A DNA stretch of 64,000 nt from an uncultured Gemmatimonadales bacterium (lineage in GTDB: Bacteria; Gemmatimonadota; Gemmatimonadetes; Gemmatimonadales; GWC2-71-9). Shown here piece by piece: positions 40,285-49,349 of this stretch; position 1 is the first letter of the stretch; every line of letters starts with the position of its first letter. The stretch spans positions 25,291-89,290 of the forward strand of contig CAWCVB010000005.1 in assembly GCA_963798915.1 (NCBI GenBank). Direction: 5' to 3'. The notes below the pieces were generated by a model. It was not told the DNA's origin. It did no database searches and saw only the letters and a list, made by a program, of their open reading frames with translations. The position numbers were made by a program, and so were the translations under genes.

Positions 40285-41136
40285 ATGTCATTCGAACAGA
40301 CCGCTGCTGGCACCCAGCTGCTACCCTACGCGCAATGTTTCGGTGATGCCGACAGGCGGGTGGAGCTCGACGGCTTCAACCTTGCGCTCATGCGACCCGA
40401 CCCGATCCTCGAAGTGAATCTCCACACACACGAAGCCGCACACTTCATCCTCCATCTTGAGGGGATCTATCTCTCGTCGGCGGCCGGTGCGCCCGCCCGG
40501 GCGACCGGTCCGATTCTGATCTATAATCCGCCAGGCACGACCCATCGCGATCGCTATGAACGGGTGAAAGGTGCCGCCATGGGCCGCTTCCTCTCGATTG
40601 CGGTCGCGGCAGATGTATTACCCGAGCGGTGGCGGACGGCGACAGACGCTTGCCGCCTGTCCCATCCGCGTGCGTTCGATGCTGCCATGCGGGTGCTGGG
40701 CCTGTGCCGCACCTCGCGGGACCGAGGCTCGATGCATGCCGAAGGCTATTGCATGGAGCTGCTCGGCACCCTTCGCGAGCGAGCTTCGTCCGAGCCTGGC
40801 GGCAGGGCCTGGCTCCGTCATGCGCGCGAAGTGCTGCACGATTGCTGTCCCGAGAGGCTCACCATTCGCGATGTCGCGGTCCGCTGCGGCGTGCACCCCG
40901 TTTACCTCGCCCGGGAATTTCGCCGGCACTTCGGCATGTCACCCGGCAGTTACTTGCGCCATTGCCGGCTTGCGCGTGCAGCCACCTTGGTCGCCAGGGG
41001 AGGAAGCACATTGAGCGCCGTGGCTGCGGCCAGCGGGTTCGCTGACCAGAGCCATCTCACCAATCTGTTCCGCAGTGTGTACGGTGTTACTCCTGGAGTG
41101 TACCGAAAGCTTCTTGAGGGGCCGGCCGGGAGCTGA
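40285..41136 (+). CDS. AraC-family transcriptional regulator
   Basis: Cupin HTHE..H; GVHPVYLAREFRRHFG..YLR..RL; GFADQSHLT..F..G.TPG.YR. Confidence 0.92.
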   Translation: MSFEQTAAGTQLLPYAQCFGDADRRVELDGFNLALMRPDPILEVNLHTHEAAHFILHLEGIYLSSAAGAPARATGPILIYNPPGTTHRDRYERVKGAAMGRFLSIAVAADVLPERWRTATDACRLSHPRAFDAAMRVLGLCRTSRDRGSMHAEGYCMELLGTLRERASSEPGGRAWLRHAREVLHDCCPERLTIRDVAVRCGVHPVYLAREFRRHFGMSPGSYLRHCRLARAATLVARGGSTLSAVAAASGFADQSHLTNLFRSVYGVTPGVYRKLLEGPAGS

Positions 41137-41247
41137 TTCGAGGTTGCATCCGTTCAAGACTGTCCTGCGTCACCATGGCATGATTCCTCGAGCGCGTGCG
41201 CCACGACGACGCACGAGACGAAATGCTTCTCTCATCCGAGGCCGGCC

Positions 41248-43002
41248 ATGCCTGTGCGTTCCGTCCTGCTTCCCCTCGCTTCGGCGCTCGCCCTGGCGGC
41301 GCTGACACCGTTTCCGCTCCTGGCCCAGGGCGATACCATGCCAGCTCCAGATGCCGAGCTTGAAGGACTCTGGGGGACCGAAGCCTTGCTCGGGCCCGCG
41401 GTGCGAGGGGAGCTGTTGCTGGAGCAGCGCGGAGATCGCTGGACGCTGCGTGCCGGAGGCCTGGAAGCGGCCGCGCGTGCCGACGCCGACACCGTGCGCA
41501 TCTCTCTGCCGGGGGGAGCCGGCACGCTGCGCATCCGCCTCGGAGGCGCGACGGAGCCGCACGCCATGTGGATCCAGCCGTCAGGTAACCTCCCGGAGTA
41601 CGCATCGCCGGTGATGCTGCGAGCTGAGGGGCCCGGCGCATGGCGCGGCACTATCCGCCCGCTCGACGACCACTTCTCGCTGTACCTGCTTGTGCGACGC
41701 GCAGCCGACGGAAGCCGGACCGGCATTTTTCGCAACCCTGAATTCGGCTGGAATGCCGGACGTGCCTACCGCCTCAGCCGTGAGGATGACAATCTCGCGT
41801 TTACCAATATCGCCACCGGCAAGGTGCAGTGGCATCAGCCCTATGACCCGGACCAGCGGACGATCCTGTTCGATTTCGGCGCGCCGCTCCAGCTTCGGCC
41901 ATTGCGGCGTGAGGAAGCGCGTGGTTTCTACCCGCGGATCGGGGCGGCGTCGTATGTCTACCGTGTGCCACTCCCGGGGAACGATGGCTGGGTTGCCGCA
42001 CCCGCCGCCGAGACCGGCATGGACCAGGCACCGCTGGTGGCGATGGTGGAGCGCCTCATGCAGATGGATCCAGCATCCGATTCGACACCACTGGTGCACT
42101 CGGTGCTCGTGGCCCGGCATGGCAAGCTGGTGCTGGAAGAGTACTTCTACGGCTTCACGCCGGACCGATTACACGACATGCGCTCGGCGTCCAAGACCAT
42201 GACGTCGCTCATGGTCGGGGCAGCGATGGATCGAGGGGCACCGTTCACCACCGAGTCGCCGGTGTACCCCATATTCGGGCTCGATTCCATGCTGCGATCG
42301 GACCTGCGGCGGGCGCGGATCACCGTGGGTCAGCTCCTGACGCATAGCACCGGCCTCGCCTGTGACGACAACGACGAAACGTCACCAGGCAATGAGGAGA
42401 GATTGCAGCAACAGCGAACGCAGCCGGACTGGTATCGTTACATGCTCGACCTGCCCGTGGTGCATGAGCCGGGCTCGACATACGCATACTGTTCCGGCAC
42501 CATGAATCTCGCGGCGGGCGTGGTGGCGCGGGCAACAGGGCGGTGGCTGCCCGAGTTCTTCGATGAGTCGCTGGCGCAGCCCTTGGACATTACCGACTAC
42601 GCGATGAACTTGATGCCGAATGGTGAGGCCTATGGTGGGGGCGGACTCTACCTGCGGCCTCGTGACCTGCTCAAGTTCGGCCAGCTGGTGCTGACGGGCG
42701 GCACGTGGAATGGTGTGCGGGTGGTGAGCAAGCGCTGGATCGAGCGCTCGACCGCAAGCCAGATCGTCACGCCGGATGGCAGCTCGGACGGATTCGGCTG
42801 GCACCGCCACATCCTGCGGCTCAACGGACGCAGCTATCAGGAGGTGGAGGCGAACGGCAATGGCGGGCAGTTCCTGATCGTGGTCCCCGAGCTGGACCTC
42901 GTAGTGGTGTTTACAGCGGGCAACTACAACCACTATGGCGTCTGGCGCAAGCTGCGCGATGAGTGGGTGCCGCGGTACGTGATGGCGGCAGTGCGCCGCT
43001 GA
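41248..43002 (+). CDS. Secreted serine hydrolase (class C beta-lactamase-like family)
   Basis: Signal peptide; SASK (SxxK), LLTHSTG, YAYCS, LRPRDLLKFG, GNGGQ. Confidence 0.9.
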   Translation: MPVRSVLLPLASALALAALTPFPLLAQGDTMPAPDAELEGLWGTEALLGPAVRGELLLEQRGDRWTLRAGGLEAAARADADTVRISLPGGAGTLRIRLGGATEPHAMWIQPSGNLPEYASPVMLRAEGPGAWRGTIRPLDDHFSLYLLVRRAADGSRTGIFRNPEFGWNAGRAYRLSREDDNLAFTNIATGKVQWHQPYDPDQRTILFDFGAPLQLRPLRREEARGFYPRIGAASYVYRVPLPGNDGWVAAPAAETGMDQAPLVAMVERLMQMDPASDSTPLVHSVLVARHGKLVLEEYFYGFTPDRLHDMRSASKTMTSLMVGAAMDRGAPFTTESPVYPIFGLDSMLRSDLRRARITVGQLLTHSTGLACDDNDETSPGNEERLQQQRTQPDWYRYMLDLPVVHEPGSTYAYCSGTMNLAAGVVARATGRWLPEFFDESLAQPLDITDYAMNLMPNGEAYGGGGLYLRPRDLLKFGQLVLTGGTWNGVRVVSKRWIERSTASQIVTPDGSSDGFGWHRHILRLNGRSYQEVEANGNGGQFLIVVPELDLVVVFTAGNYNHYGVWRKLRDEWVPRYVMAAVRR

Positions 43003-43020
43003 AGCCCATGTCGTCTCCAC

Positions 43021-43095
43021 GTCATTGCGAGGGCGCGGAGCGTCGGCGCCTTGGGCGACGCAGGCGTCGCCCCTACGGCGCCTCCTCGCAATGAC
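43021..43095. repeat. GTCATTGCGAGG...CCTCGCAATGAC palindrome enclosing a GTAG-type REP (43053-43076)
   Basis: 12-bp terminal inverted repeat; inner reverse-strand GTAGGGGCGACGCCTGCGTCGCCC. Confidence 0.8.
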
Positions 43096-43154
43096 AACGC
43101 TTGGCAGCTTCGGCCTGCCCATCCCGCCCATCCCGCCCATCCCGGCCATCCCGC

Positions 43155-44423
43155 CTAGCGAAACGTCCCCGGGCTCACCTGATATACCATCTGATAGGCG
43201 CCCGCTTCTTGGTCCGCGCCCCAGAAGCCCAGTTGCTCCGACCAGCGGGTTGACTGAAGCCGGCGGCCGCCGAGGGTGAGGAAGCCGGCGGCGCGCGTGG
43301 TGACCACGCCCAGCTTGCGGAGATCGGCCAGGCCGCGGAAGACTGCCGAGTGGCGCTCGGCCACGATGCGCGCAGCACTGCCGGGACCGATTCCCGGCAC
43401 CCGCACCAGCTCATCGTATCCCGCGGTCCGTACCTCGACCGGGAACCGCTCCGGATGGGTCAGCGCCCACGAGGCCTTGGGGTCGCGGGCCAGCGGGATG
43501 TTGCCGGCGTCGTCGTAGACTACCTCATCGGCAGTGAAGCCATAGTCGCGAATCAGGTGATCGGTCTGATAGAGCCGGTGCTCCCGCAGGGCAGGCGCAG
43601 CGCGGAGCTGTTCCAGCGGCGTGTCGGCAATCGGCCGAAAGGCGCTGAACTGGGAATGGTGCATGCCGCCGCCGGCGTACACGTCCGTCACCCGCTCCAT
43701 GATGGTGCGGTCGCTGTCGGGCGTGGCACCCACGACGAACTGCATGGTGATGCCCGACGTGCCGCCTGGATGCAGCGGATCTCGCGGCCGGCCCATGCGC
43801 TCCTCGATCCGGTTCTGCACCACCTGCGCTCGTGCGCGCTCCAGCGTCTCGAGCGCAACCGGCAGGCTCTTCTCCGGGGCGATGGCGGCGAGCGACTGAC
43901 CGCAGGGTGCCTCGAGGTTCACCGAGACCCGGCTCGCCAGCGCGGTGATGCGCTGGATCTGGTCGGCATCGGCGCCGGGAACAATCTTGACGTGAATGTA
44001 CCCGCCGAACCGATGCTTCTCCCGGATCAGTGCGAGCGCGGTGATGAGGTCGTCCATGACCTTGACCGGGCGGCCCGGAATGCCGGTGGTGACAAAGAGC
44101 CCATCGCACCAGTTGCGCGCGAGGGCGCCCATGAAGATCCGCACCAGCTCCTCGGGCTTGAGCAGCGTGCGTGGCAGGTTGCGGTCACGCCGCATGGGGC
44201 AGTAGTGGCAGTTGTAGCTGCAGGCGTTGGTCATCAGGATGCGAAGCAGCCGGCGCCGGCCGCCGCCCACCCGGAGGTCGCGGATGTTGAGCGGGCGCAG
44301 CGCACCCACGTCCCGGGTATGGCGGAGACGTGGGGGCAGGGGCCGGTCGCTGGCGGACTCCCGGTCGTCCTGGGCCAGCGACATCAGGATGGCCAGTTTC
44401 TGCTCGAGTTCGGCACCGCGCAT
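43155..44423 (-). CDS. Putative DNA modification/repair radical SAM protein with C-terminal helix-hairpin-helix
   Basis: LMTNACSYNCHYC (CxxxCxxC), FGGYIHVK, VNLE, REHRLYQ.D.LIRDYGF, LVRVPGIG. Confidence 0.9.
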   Translation of the reverse strand: MRGAELEQKLAILMSLAQDDRESASDRPLPPRLRHTRDVGALRPLNIRDLRVGGGRRRLLRILMTNACSYNCHYCPMRRDRNLPRTLLKPEELVRIFMGALARNWCDGLFVTTGIPGRPVKVMDDLITALALIREKHRFGGYIHVKIVPGADADQIQRITALASRVSVNLEAPCGQSLAAIAPEKSLPVALETLERARAQVVQNRIEERMGRPRDPLHPGGTSGITMQFVVGATPDSDRTIMERVTDVYAGGGMHHSQFSAFRPIADTPLEQLRAAPALREHRLYQTDHLIRDYGFTADEVVYDDAGNIPLARDPKASWALTHPERFPVEVRTAGYDELVRVPGIGPGSAARIVAERHSAVFRGLADLRKLGVVTTRAAGFLTLGGRRLQSTRWSEQLGFWGADQEAGAYQMVYQVSPGTFR

Positions 44424-44450
44424 GGGGACCTCGCTACCTTGGTTGACTGC

Positions 44451-44479
44451 AAAGTACCGAAGAAATACCGAAAGGTCAA
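44451..44479 (-). promoter_or_regulatory. sigma70-type promoter with overlapping direct-repeat operator
   Basis: Minus strand TTGACC-17 bp-TACTTT containing TTCGGTA-N4-TTCGGTA. Confidence 0.6.
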
Positions 44480-44512
44480 TCGGCCCTCCACACGTCCGGA
44501 CCCTCGGAATCA

Positions 44513-44648
44513 ACCGCAGAGCCACAGAGGACCCAGAGGAACTGCTGCGGTGTACTCGAGCCGGCCGCCGATGCGCAGCTGGGTAACGCAAGAGTGCTCA
44601 CTTTGAGACCACATCAAAGAACTCTGCGCTCTCTGCGTCTCCGCGGTG
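44513..44648. repeat. Inverted purine/pyrimidine array pair, same family as 24857-25025
   Basis: accgcagagccacagaggacccagag versus ctctgcgctctctgcgtctccgcggt. Confidence 0.7.
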
Positions 44649-44700
44649 GATTCCAAGGACCTGGGGCTTTCCTGCGGTGGATTCCGGTGCCATCGAACCT

Positions 44701-44785
44701 TGCCTAGCCGTCTCGCCGTCTCGCCGTCTCGCCGTCTCGCGGTCTCGCCGTCCAGCCGTCTAGCCGTCTCGCCGTCCAGCCGTCT
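44701..44785. repeat. 8-bp tandem array (TCGCCGTC/CAGCCGTC), ~10 units
   Basis: Read directly. Confidence 0.9.
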
Positions 44786-44797
44786 ATTATGCCCCCA

Positions 44798-46345
44798 ATG
44801 CCCACACCCACCCACGACGTCCTCATCATCGGCAGCGGGTTCGGCGGCGTCTTTGCCGCGGCGGGGCTGATGGACCGGGGATTGCGCGTCCTCATGCTGG
44901 AACGCGGCCGCCGGGTGACCCGGGGACCGGAGAACTGGGAGCCGGGTGCCGCCGCCCAGCTCTCCGAGCACTATCAGGAAGACACTCCCTATTTCATCAC
45001 CGACGATCACGGCTCGTCCACCACCGGGGGGTTCTTCTGCCTCGGCGGTCCCTCGGTGTTCTATGGTGGCGTCTCGCTGCGATATCGCGAGCGCGACTTC
45101 GGGCCCCATGCAAGCGTACCTGGTGACTCGGGCGCGGCATGGCCCTTCAGGTACGCCGAACTGGAACCGTGGTACTCGCGCGCCGAAGCAATGCTGGGAG
45201 TCGCCGGACGTGCGGGTGAAGACCCTACCGATCCATTCAGGAGCCAGGACTACGTGGCGGCGCCGCGTCCACTGGCGCCGATCTCGGCGCGCCTGGCGCG
45301 GGCGGCGAGGGAACTGGGCTACCACCCGTTCCGGTTGCCGCTCGCCATCAACTATGCCGGCGAGGGCCGGAACCCCTGCATCGAGTGCGCGACCTGCGAC
45401 GGATTTCCCTGCGCCATCGAGGCCAAGAACGATCTCGCCACCGCAGTGCTGCCGTCACTGGTCGAGCGCGGCCTCGAGGTGCGAACCGGTGTGGCGGTCA
45501 CGAAATTGCACATCGTCGACGGTCGACTGTCGACTGTCGACGTTGTTGATACGGCCACCGGTGCATGTGAGACGCTGCATGCCCGGCATTACATCCTCGC
45601 GGCCGGCGCCATTGCCACGCCGCACCTCCTGCTGGCCTCGGGCGCGGACGAACTGAGTCCTGCGCGCGAGGCGGTCGGCGCGTATCTCATGCGCCATTGC
45701 AATCGCATCGTGTTCGGGCTCTTCCTCAGGCGCCCCGATCCCGAGGGCCGGCATCACAAGCAGATCGGCATCCACGACCTCTACGGCGAGGCCGGTGGGC
45801 TGCAGCAACTGGTCACGCCACCGGTGTCGCTGGTCCGGGCCCAGATTCCCCGCGTTCTTGGCCCGGTCGCTGCCCGGCTGGTGCCGCATATCACCGGGTT
45901 CCTCGCCATCGCGGAGGACCAGCCGCAGGCCGGCAATCGCATCCGCATCGATGCGACGGCGCGGGACCGGTTGGGCATGCCGGTGGCCAGGATTACGCAT
46001 CACTACAGCCAACGTGATGAGCGCGCGGTGGATCGGCTGGCCGGGGCGGGGAAGCGAATTCTTCGTGCGGCGGGAGCGGTTGCGTTCTATCGTCACCGCA
46101 TCTGGACCTTCTCGCATGCCATCGGCACGGTGCGGATGGGGACCGATCCGGCGCGCTCGCCGCTGGACCAGCGCGGCCGCTATCGCGGACTCGCCAATCT
46201 CACCGTCACGGACGCGAGTGCCCTGCCCACATCGGCCAGCGTGAATCCCAGTCTCACCATTGCCGCCACCGCCTTTCGCGCCGGCACCCTGCTGGGCGCG
46301 GAGCTGGGCCAGACCCGTCACAACGCGGATATCCGCATCGCATGA
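44798..46345 (+). CDS. GMC-family FAD oxidoreductase
   Basis: GSGFGG, CIECATCDGFPC, HAIGTVRMG, VNPSLTI; start chosen 7 nt after TATTAT (alternative start 44789). Confidence 0.9.
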   Translation: MPTPTHDVLIIGSGFGGVFAAAGLMDRGLRVLMLERGRRVTRGPENWEPGAAAQLSEHYQEDTPYFITDDHGSSTTGGFFCLGGPSVFYGGVSLRYRERDFGPHASVPGDSGAAWPFRYAELEPWYSRAEAMLGVAGRAGEDPTDPFRSQDYVAAPRPLAPISARLARAARELGYHPFRLPLAINYAGEGRNPCIECATCDGFPCAIEAKNDLATAVLPSLVERGLEVRTGVAVTKLHIVDGRLSTVDVVDTATGACETLHARHYILAAGAIATPHLLLASGADELSPAREAVGAYLMRHCNRIVFGLFLRRPDPEGRHHKQIGIHDLYGEAGGLQQLVTPPVSLVRAQIPRVLGPVAARLVPHITGFLAIAEDQPQAGNRIRIDATARDRLGMPVARITHHYSQRDERAVDRLAGAGKRILRAAGAVAFYRHRIWTFSHAIGTVRMGTDPARSPLDQRGRYRGLANLTVTDASALPTSASVNPSLTIAATAFRAGTLLGAELGQTRHNADIRIA

Positions 46346-47352
46346 GCGACACTCCACGCACGGTGCCGGGTGACCGGCCGGTTCGGCTGGCTTTTCTTGG
46401 CGCCGGCAGCATTGCCCGCCGCCATGCCCGGCTGCTGGCCGGCCGGCGCGACGAGGTGCGCTGCTACTTTGCCAGCCGGGATGCCGCCAAGGCCTCGCTC
46501 TTCCAGCGCGAGTTGGGCGGCGTCGGCGCGTTCGGCAGCTATGAAGCGGCGCTGGCCGACCCGGCGATTGACGTGGCCATGGTCACCACTCCCACGCAGC
46601 AGCACCTCGAGCTGACCCTGGCCGCGCTGGAAGCGGGCAAGCATGTCATCGTGGAGAAGCCGCCCTTTCTTCATGCCGCCGATTTCGACGCGGTGGAGGC
46701 GGCCCAGGCCCGTCATGGTGGCCGGGTCTTCGTGGCGGAGAACTATTACTACCGGCCGCTGGCGCGGACCCTTCGGCGGCTCATTGCCGATGGGGCCATC
46801 GGCGAAGTGCGCTACCTGATCGTCAAGGCGCTCAAGGAGCAGCGCACCGGTGGCTGGCGCGACGACCAAGCGATGGCCGGCGGCGGCGCGCTGTTCGAGG
46901 GCGGTATTCACTGGGTCAACTTCATGGCCGGTATCGGGCTGCACGCGAAGTCGGTGGAGGGTTTCCGGCCGGGCCGGAAGCTTGACGGTCCCGAGCGCAG
47001 CATGCTGGCCGTGTTCCGCTACGCCGAGGGCGCGGTAGGCACCTTGTTCCATGCCTGGGACACGCCGTCGCTGCTCAAGGGGCTCCGGCTCTCGCGGATC
47101 TACGGGAGCGAGGGCTCCATTGCGTTCGAGTCGAACGGGCTCGGCGTGGTGGTGTTCGGCCCGCGCCGCCGGCTTATCTTTCCCGGTTTTCGCGACATCA
47201 GCGGCTTCGGCGCCATGTTCAGCGACATCCTGGCTTCGCTCCGGAGTGGACGGGCGGCCCAGCTCACCCTTGCCCGTGCGCGGCGCGACCTCGAACTGGT
47301 CGAAGCCGCGTATCGCACTGCCCTGGACCCTGATCGGGAGACACCTGCATGA
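46342..47352 (+). CDS. Gfo/Idh/MocA-family oxidoreductase
   Basis: GAGSIA, AGKHVIVEKP, GAIGEV, GGGALFEGGIH; ATGA overlap. Confidence 0.92.
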   Translation: MSDTPRTVPGDRPVRLAFLGAGSIARRHARLLAGRRDEVRCYFASRDAAKASLFQRELGGVGAFGSYEAALADPAIDVAMVTTPTQQHLELTLAALEAGKHVIVEKPPFLHAADFDAVEAAQARHGGRVFVAENYYYRPLARTLRRLIADGAIGEVRYLIVKALKEQRTGGWRDDQAMAGGGALFEGGIHWVNFMAGIGLHAKSVEGFRPGRKLDGPERSMLAVFRYAEGAVGTLFHAWDTPSLLKGLRLSRIYGSEGSIAFESNGLGVVVFGPRRRLIFPGFRDISGFGAMFSDILASLRSGRAAQLTLARARRDLELVEAAYRTALDPDRETPA

Positions 47353-48194
47353 CGCCCTGGCTCATCGCCGCCATCGTGGGATTCCTGGCCGGCGCGCACG
47401 CCTCCATCTGGGGCATGTACAAGGATGCGCCGCACGAGGGATTCACCGTGCGCACGTTCATGCGCAGCATGCTCTTTGCCGCGGTGATCGGGGCGCTTGT
47501 CTGGCGGGTGACCGGGCTCTGGCCGGCGGATGCTGCCTCGGGTGTGCTCTTCTTCGGCGTGGTGTACGTGGTCGAGCGCGCCATCATGGAAGCGTACAAG
47601 ACCTTCTTCCGCGAGTCGGACCAGTCCAAGTACACCATCCCGATGCAGTTCGCGGTGTTCGGCAAGGTGGTCACCCATCGTGGGCTGCGGGCGCTGCTGG
47701 GACTCTGCTATCTCGGCATCATGCTGGTCACCGTCTGGCTCATCATCATCTTCCAGCGCATCATCGGCGGGCCGCCCCCGCTCTGGGCCATCTTCATCAT
47801 CGGCGCGGCCGGCGGCTGGATCTCGGCCTTTGGCGGAGCATGGAAGGATGCGCCCATCGAGGGATTCCAGATCCTCAAGTTCTTCCGCAGTCCGCTGATG
47901 GCGGGCACCTATGCGCTGCTGATGTCCCGGCTCACCGATGACCTGGTGTTCATCACCCTTGCGGCCGAGGGCTTCGTCATCGCCACGACCGAGACGTACA
48001 AGACCTTCTTCTTTCCCAGCAAGCCGCGCGGCAAGTTTGCCAACAAGCCGGTGATCTTTCCCGAGTGGCTCACGCTGCGGCAGTTCTTCGTGCCGCTCTA
48101 TGTCGCCATCTGGATCGGTGTGATCGCAGCTTATGTCGTGGCGATCGTCCGCCACCAGCAGGTCCTGCCCAGCGTGGTCTTTCCACAGGCGTGA
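47349..48194 (+). CDS. Hypothetical membrane protein with internal duplication
   Basis: Two copies of G..KDAP.EGF....F.RS...E.YKTFF; multiple TM helices; ATGA overlap. Confidence 0.8.
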   Translation: MTPWLIAAIVGFLAGAHASIWGMYKDAPHEGFTVRTFMRSMLFAAVIGALVWRVTGLWPADAASGVLFFGVVYVVERAIMEAYKTFFRESDQSKYTIPMQFAVFGKVVTHRGLRALLGLCYLGIMLVTVWLIIIFQRIIGGPPPLWAIFIIGAAGGWISAFGGAWKDAPIEGFQILKFFRSPLMAGTYALLMSRLTDDLVFITLAAEGFVIATTETYKTFFFPSKPRGKFANKPVIFPEWLTLRQFFVPLYVAIWIGVIAAYVVAIVRHQQVLPSVVFPQA

Positions 48195-48850
48195 TCCAGG
48201 GGGCCGCTGAAGCGGGCAAGTTCAGCGCCTTCGTGGTGACCTCGCTCTGGGTGCACGGGCCGTGGTCGCCCCTGCTGCCGGCCGCCTACGAGCCGGTGCT
48301 CATGCTCTACGGCAAGTGGTACCCGCCCTGGCTCGTCGCGGTCACCGGTGCCACGCTGAGCTGCATCGTCGAGTGGATCAACTACCGGGTCTACGACTGG
48401 ATCTCCGACCTCAAGCGGCTGGAAAACCTCAAGCACAAGGCCACCAGCGGCCGCTTTGTGCGGCTGTTCCAGAAGCAGCCCTTTCTGGTGGTCTGGATCT
48501 TTGCCTGGTCTCCGCTGCCCGACTGGGCCGCGCGGATCATGAGTGTGATCGCGGGCTACTCGATCTGGCGCTATGTGCTGGCGTTCTGGCTGGGAAGGCT
48601 GCCCAAGTTTCTCTTTCTCGCCTGGCTGGGCCAGAAGCTCCCACTCACGGCGCTGCAGCTCACCATCATCGCCGTGGCGGCAGTGATCGTGGGGTATGGG
48701 TGGGGATGGTGGAGGCGACGGGATGGGCGAGATGGGCAGGATGGGCGGATGGGCGGATGGGCAGGATGGGCGAGATGGGCAGGATGGGCGAGATGGGCAG
48801 GATGGGCGAGATGGGCAGGATGGACGGGGTGGGCAGGTCTCACGTTCTGA
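48191..48850 (+). CDS. VTT/DedA-like (SNARE-associated) membrane protein; C-terminus encoded by a repeat array
   Basis: GTGA overlap; SPLPDW..Y..AFWLGRLPKF; tail GWARWAGW comes from the nonamer array. Confidence 0.65.
   Translation: MIQGAAEAGKFSAFVVTSLWVHGPWSPLLPAAYEPVLMLYGKWYPPWLVAVTGATLSCIVEWINYRVYDWISDLKRLENLKHKATSGRFVRLFQKQPFLVVWIFAWSPLPDWAARIMSVIAGYSIWRYVLAFWLGRLPKFLFLAWLGQKLPLTALQLTIIAVAAVIVGYGWGWWRRRDGRDGQDGRMGGWAGWARWAGWARWAGWARWAGWTGWAGLTF
48722..48837. repeat. 9-bp tandem array, ~13 units (GATGGGCAG/GATGGGCGA); left arm of four-helix cassette 2
   Basis: Counted directly; two units are 8 bp. Confidence 0.92.
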
Positions 48851-49193
48851 GTGACCGATACAGCAGCCATGTGACTCGACCTGCGGCATCGCGGGCTGCT
48901 TCAATTGCTTGCCAGTCCGCCTCTCTGAGGAAGCCCAGATCTCGGGCAAGTTCCAGCTGGTAGCTGACCTCAGAGAGCGATCCGAGTGAGATGTCGAGAA
49001 ACCGGCGGAATTCCGCCTTTCCGCGCTTCGCGGATCCTTCGGCTATGTTCGTGGGCGCAGAGGCTGCTGCACGGCGTATTTGTGCCGTCAGCCCGTAGCG
49101 TTCGGTGGCGGGCCAAATCTCGGTCGCCCGATAGATCGCCAGCGCCAGTTCGTGACAGCGCTGCCACGCGATCAAGTTCTTGTATCGTTTCAT
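48840..49193 (-). CDS. Four-helix-bundle protein (23S rRNA IVS / Avd-like family), second paralog
   Basis: YKNLIAWQRC..ERYGLTAQIRRAAASAPTNIAEG..EFRRFLDISLGSLSE; 117 aa. Confidence 0.93.
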   Translation of the reverse strand: MKRYKNLIAWQRCHELALAIYRATEIWPATERYGLTAQIRRAAASAPTNIAEGSAKRGKAEFRRFLDISLGSLSEVSYQLELARDLGFLREADWQAIEAARDAAGRVTWLLYRSLRT

Positions 49194-49256
49194 GCTGCCA
49201 AGATCGCGGGTCGTTCGCTCCTGCCGAGCATCGAAATGCTTCACCTCGTACCAATC

Positions 49257-49346
49257 CTGCCCATCCCGCCCATCTCGCCCATCTCGCCCATCCCGCCCAT
49301 CCTGCCCATCCTGCCCATCCCGCCCATCCCGCCCATCTCGCCCATC
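49257..49346. repeat. 9-bp tandem array, 10 units (YYGCCCATC); right arm of cassette 2, reverse complement of 48722-48837
   Basis: Counted directly; ends 3 nt from the thrE stop. Confidence 0.92.
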
Positions 49347-49349
49347 CTC

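Noticed and set aside
41248..43002. Bona fide beta-lactam resistance gene
   Set aside because: SxxK hydrolase with YCS rather than YxN and a long N-terminal extension. This fits the broad esterase/amidase family, so resistance cannot be inferred.
23883..49193. Diversity-generating retroelement or 23S rRNA intervening sequence
   Set aside because: Avd-like genes are present, but I found no reverse transcriptase, no TR/VR pair with adenine-specific mismatches and no rRNA sequence in the window.
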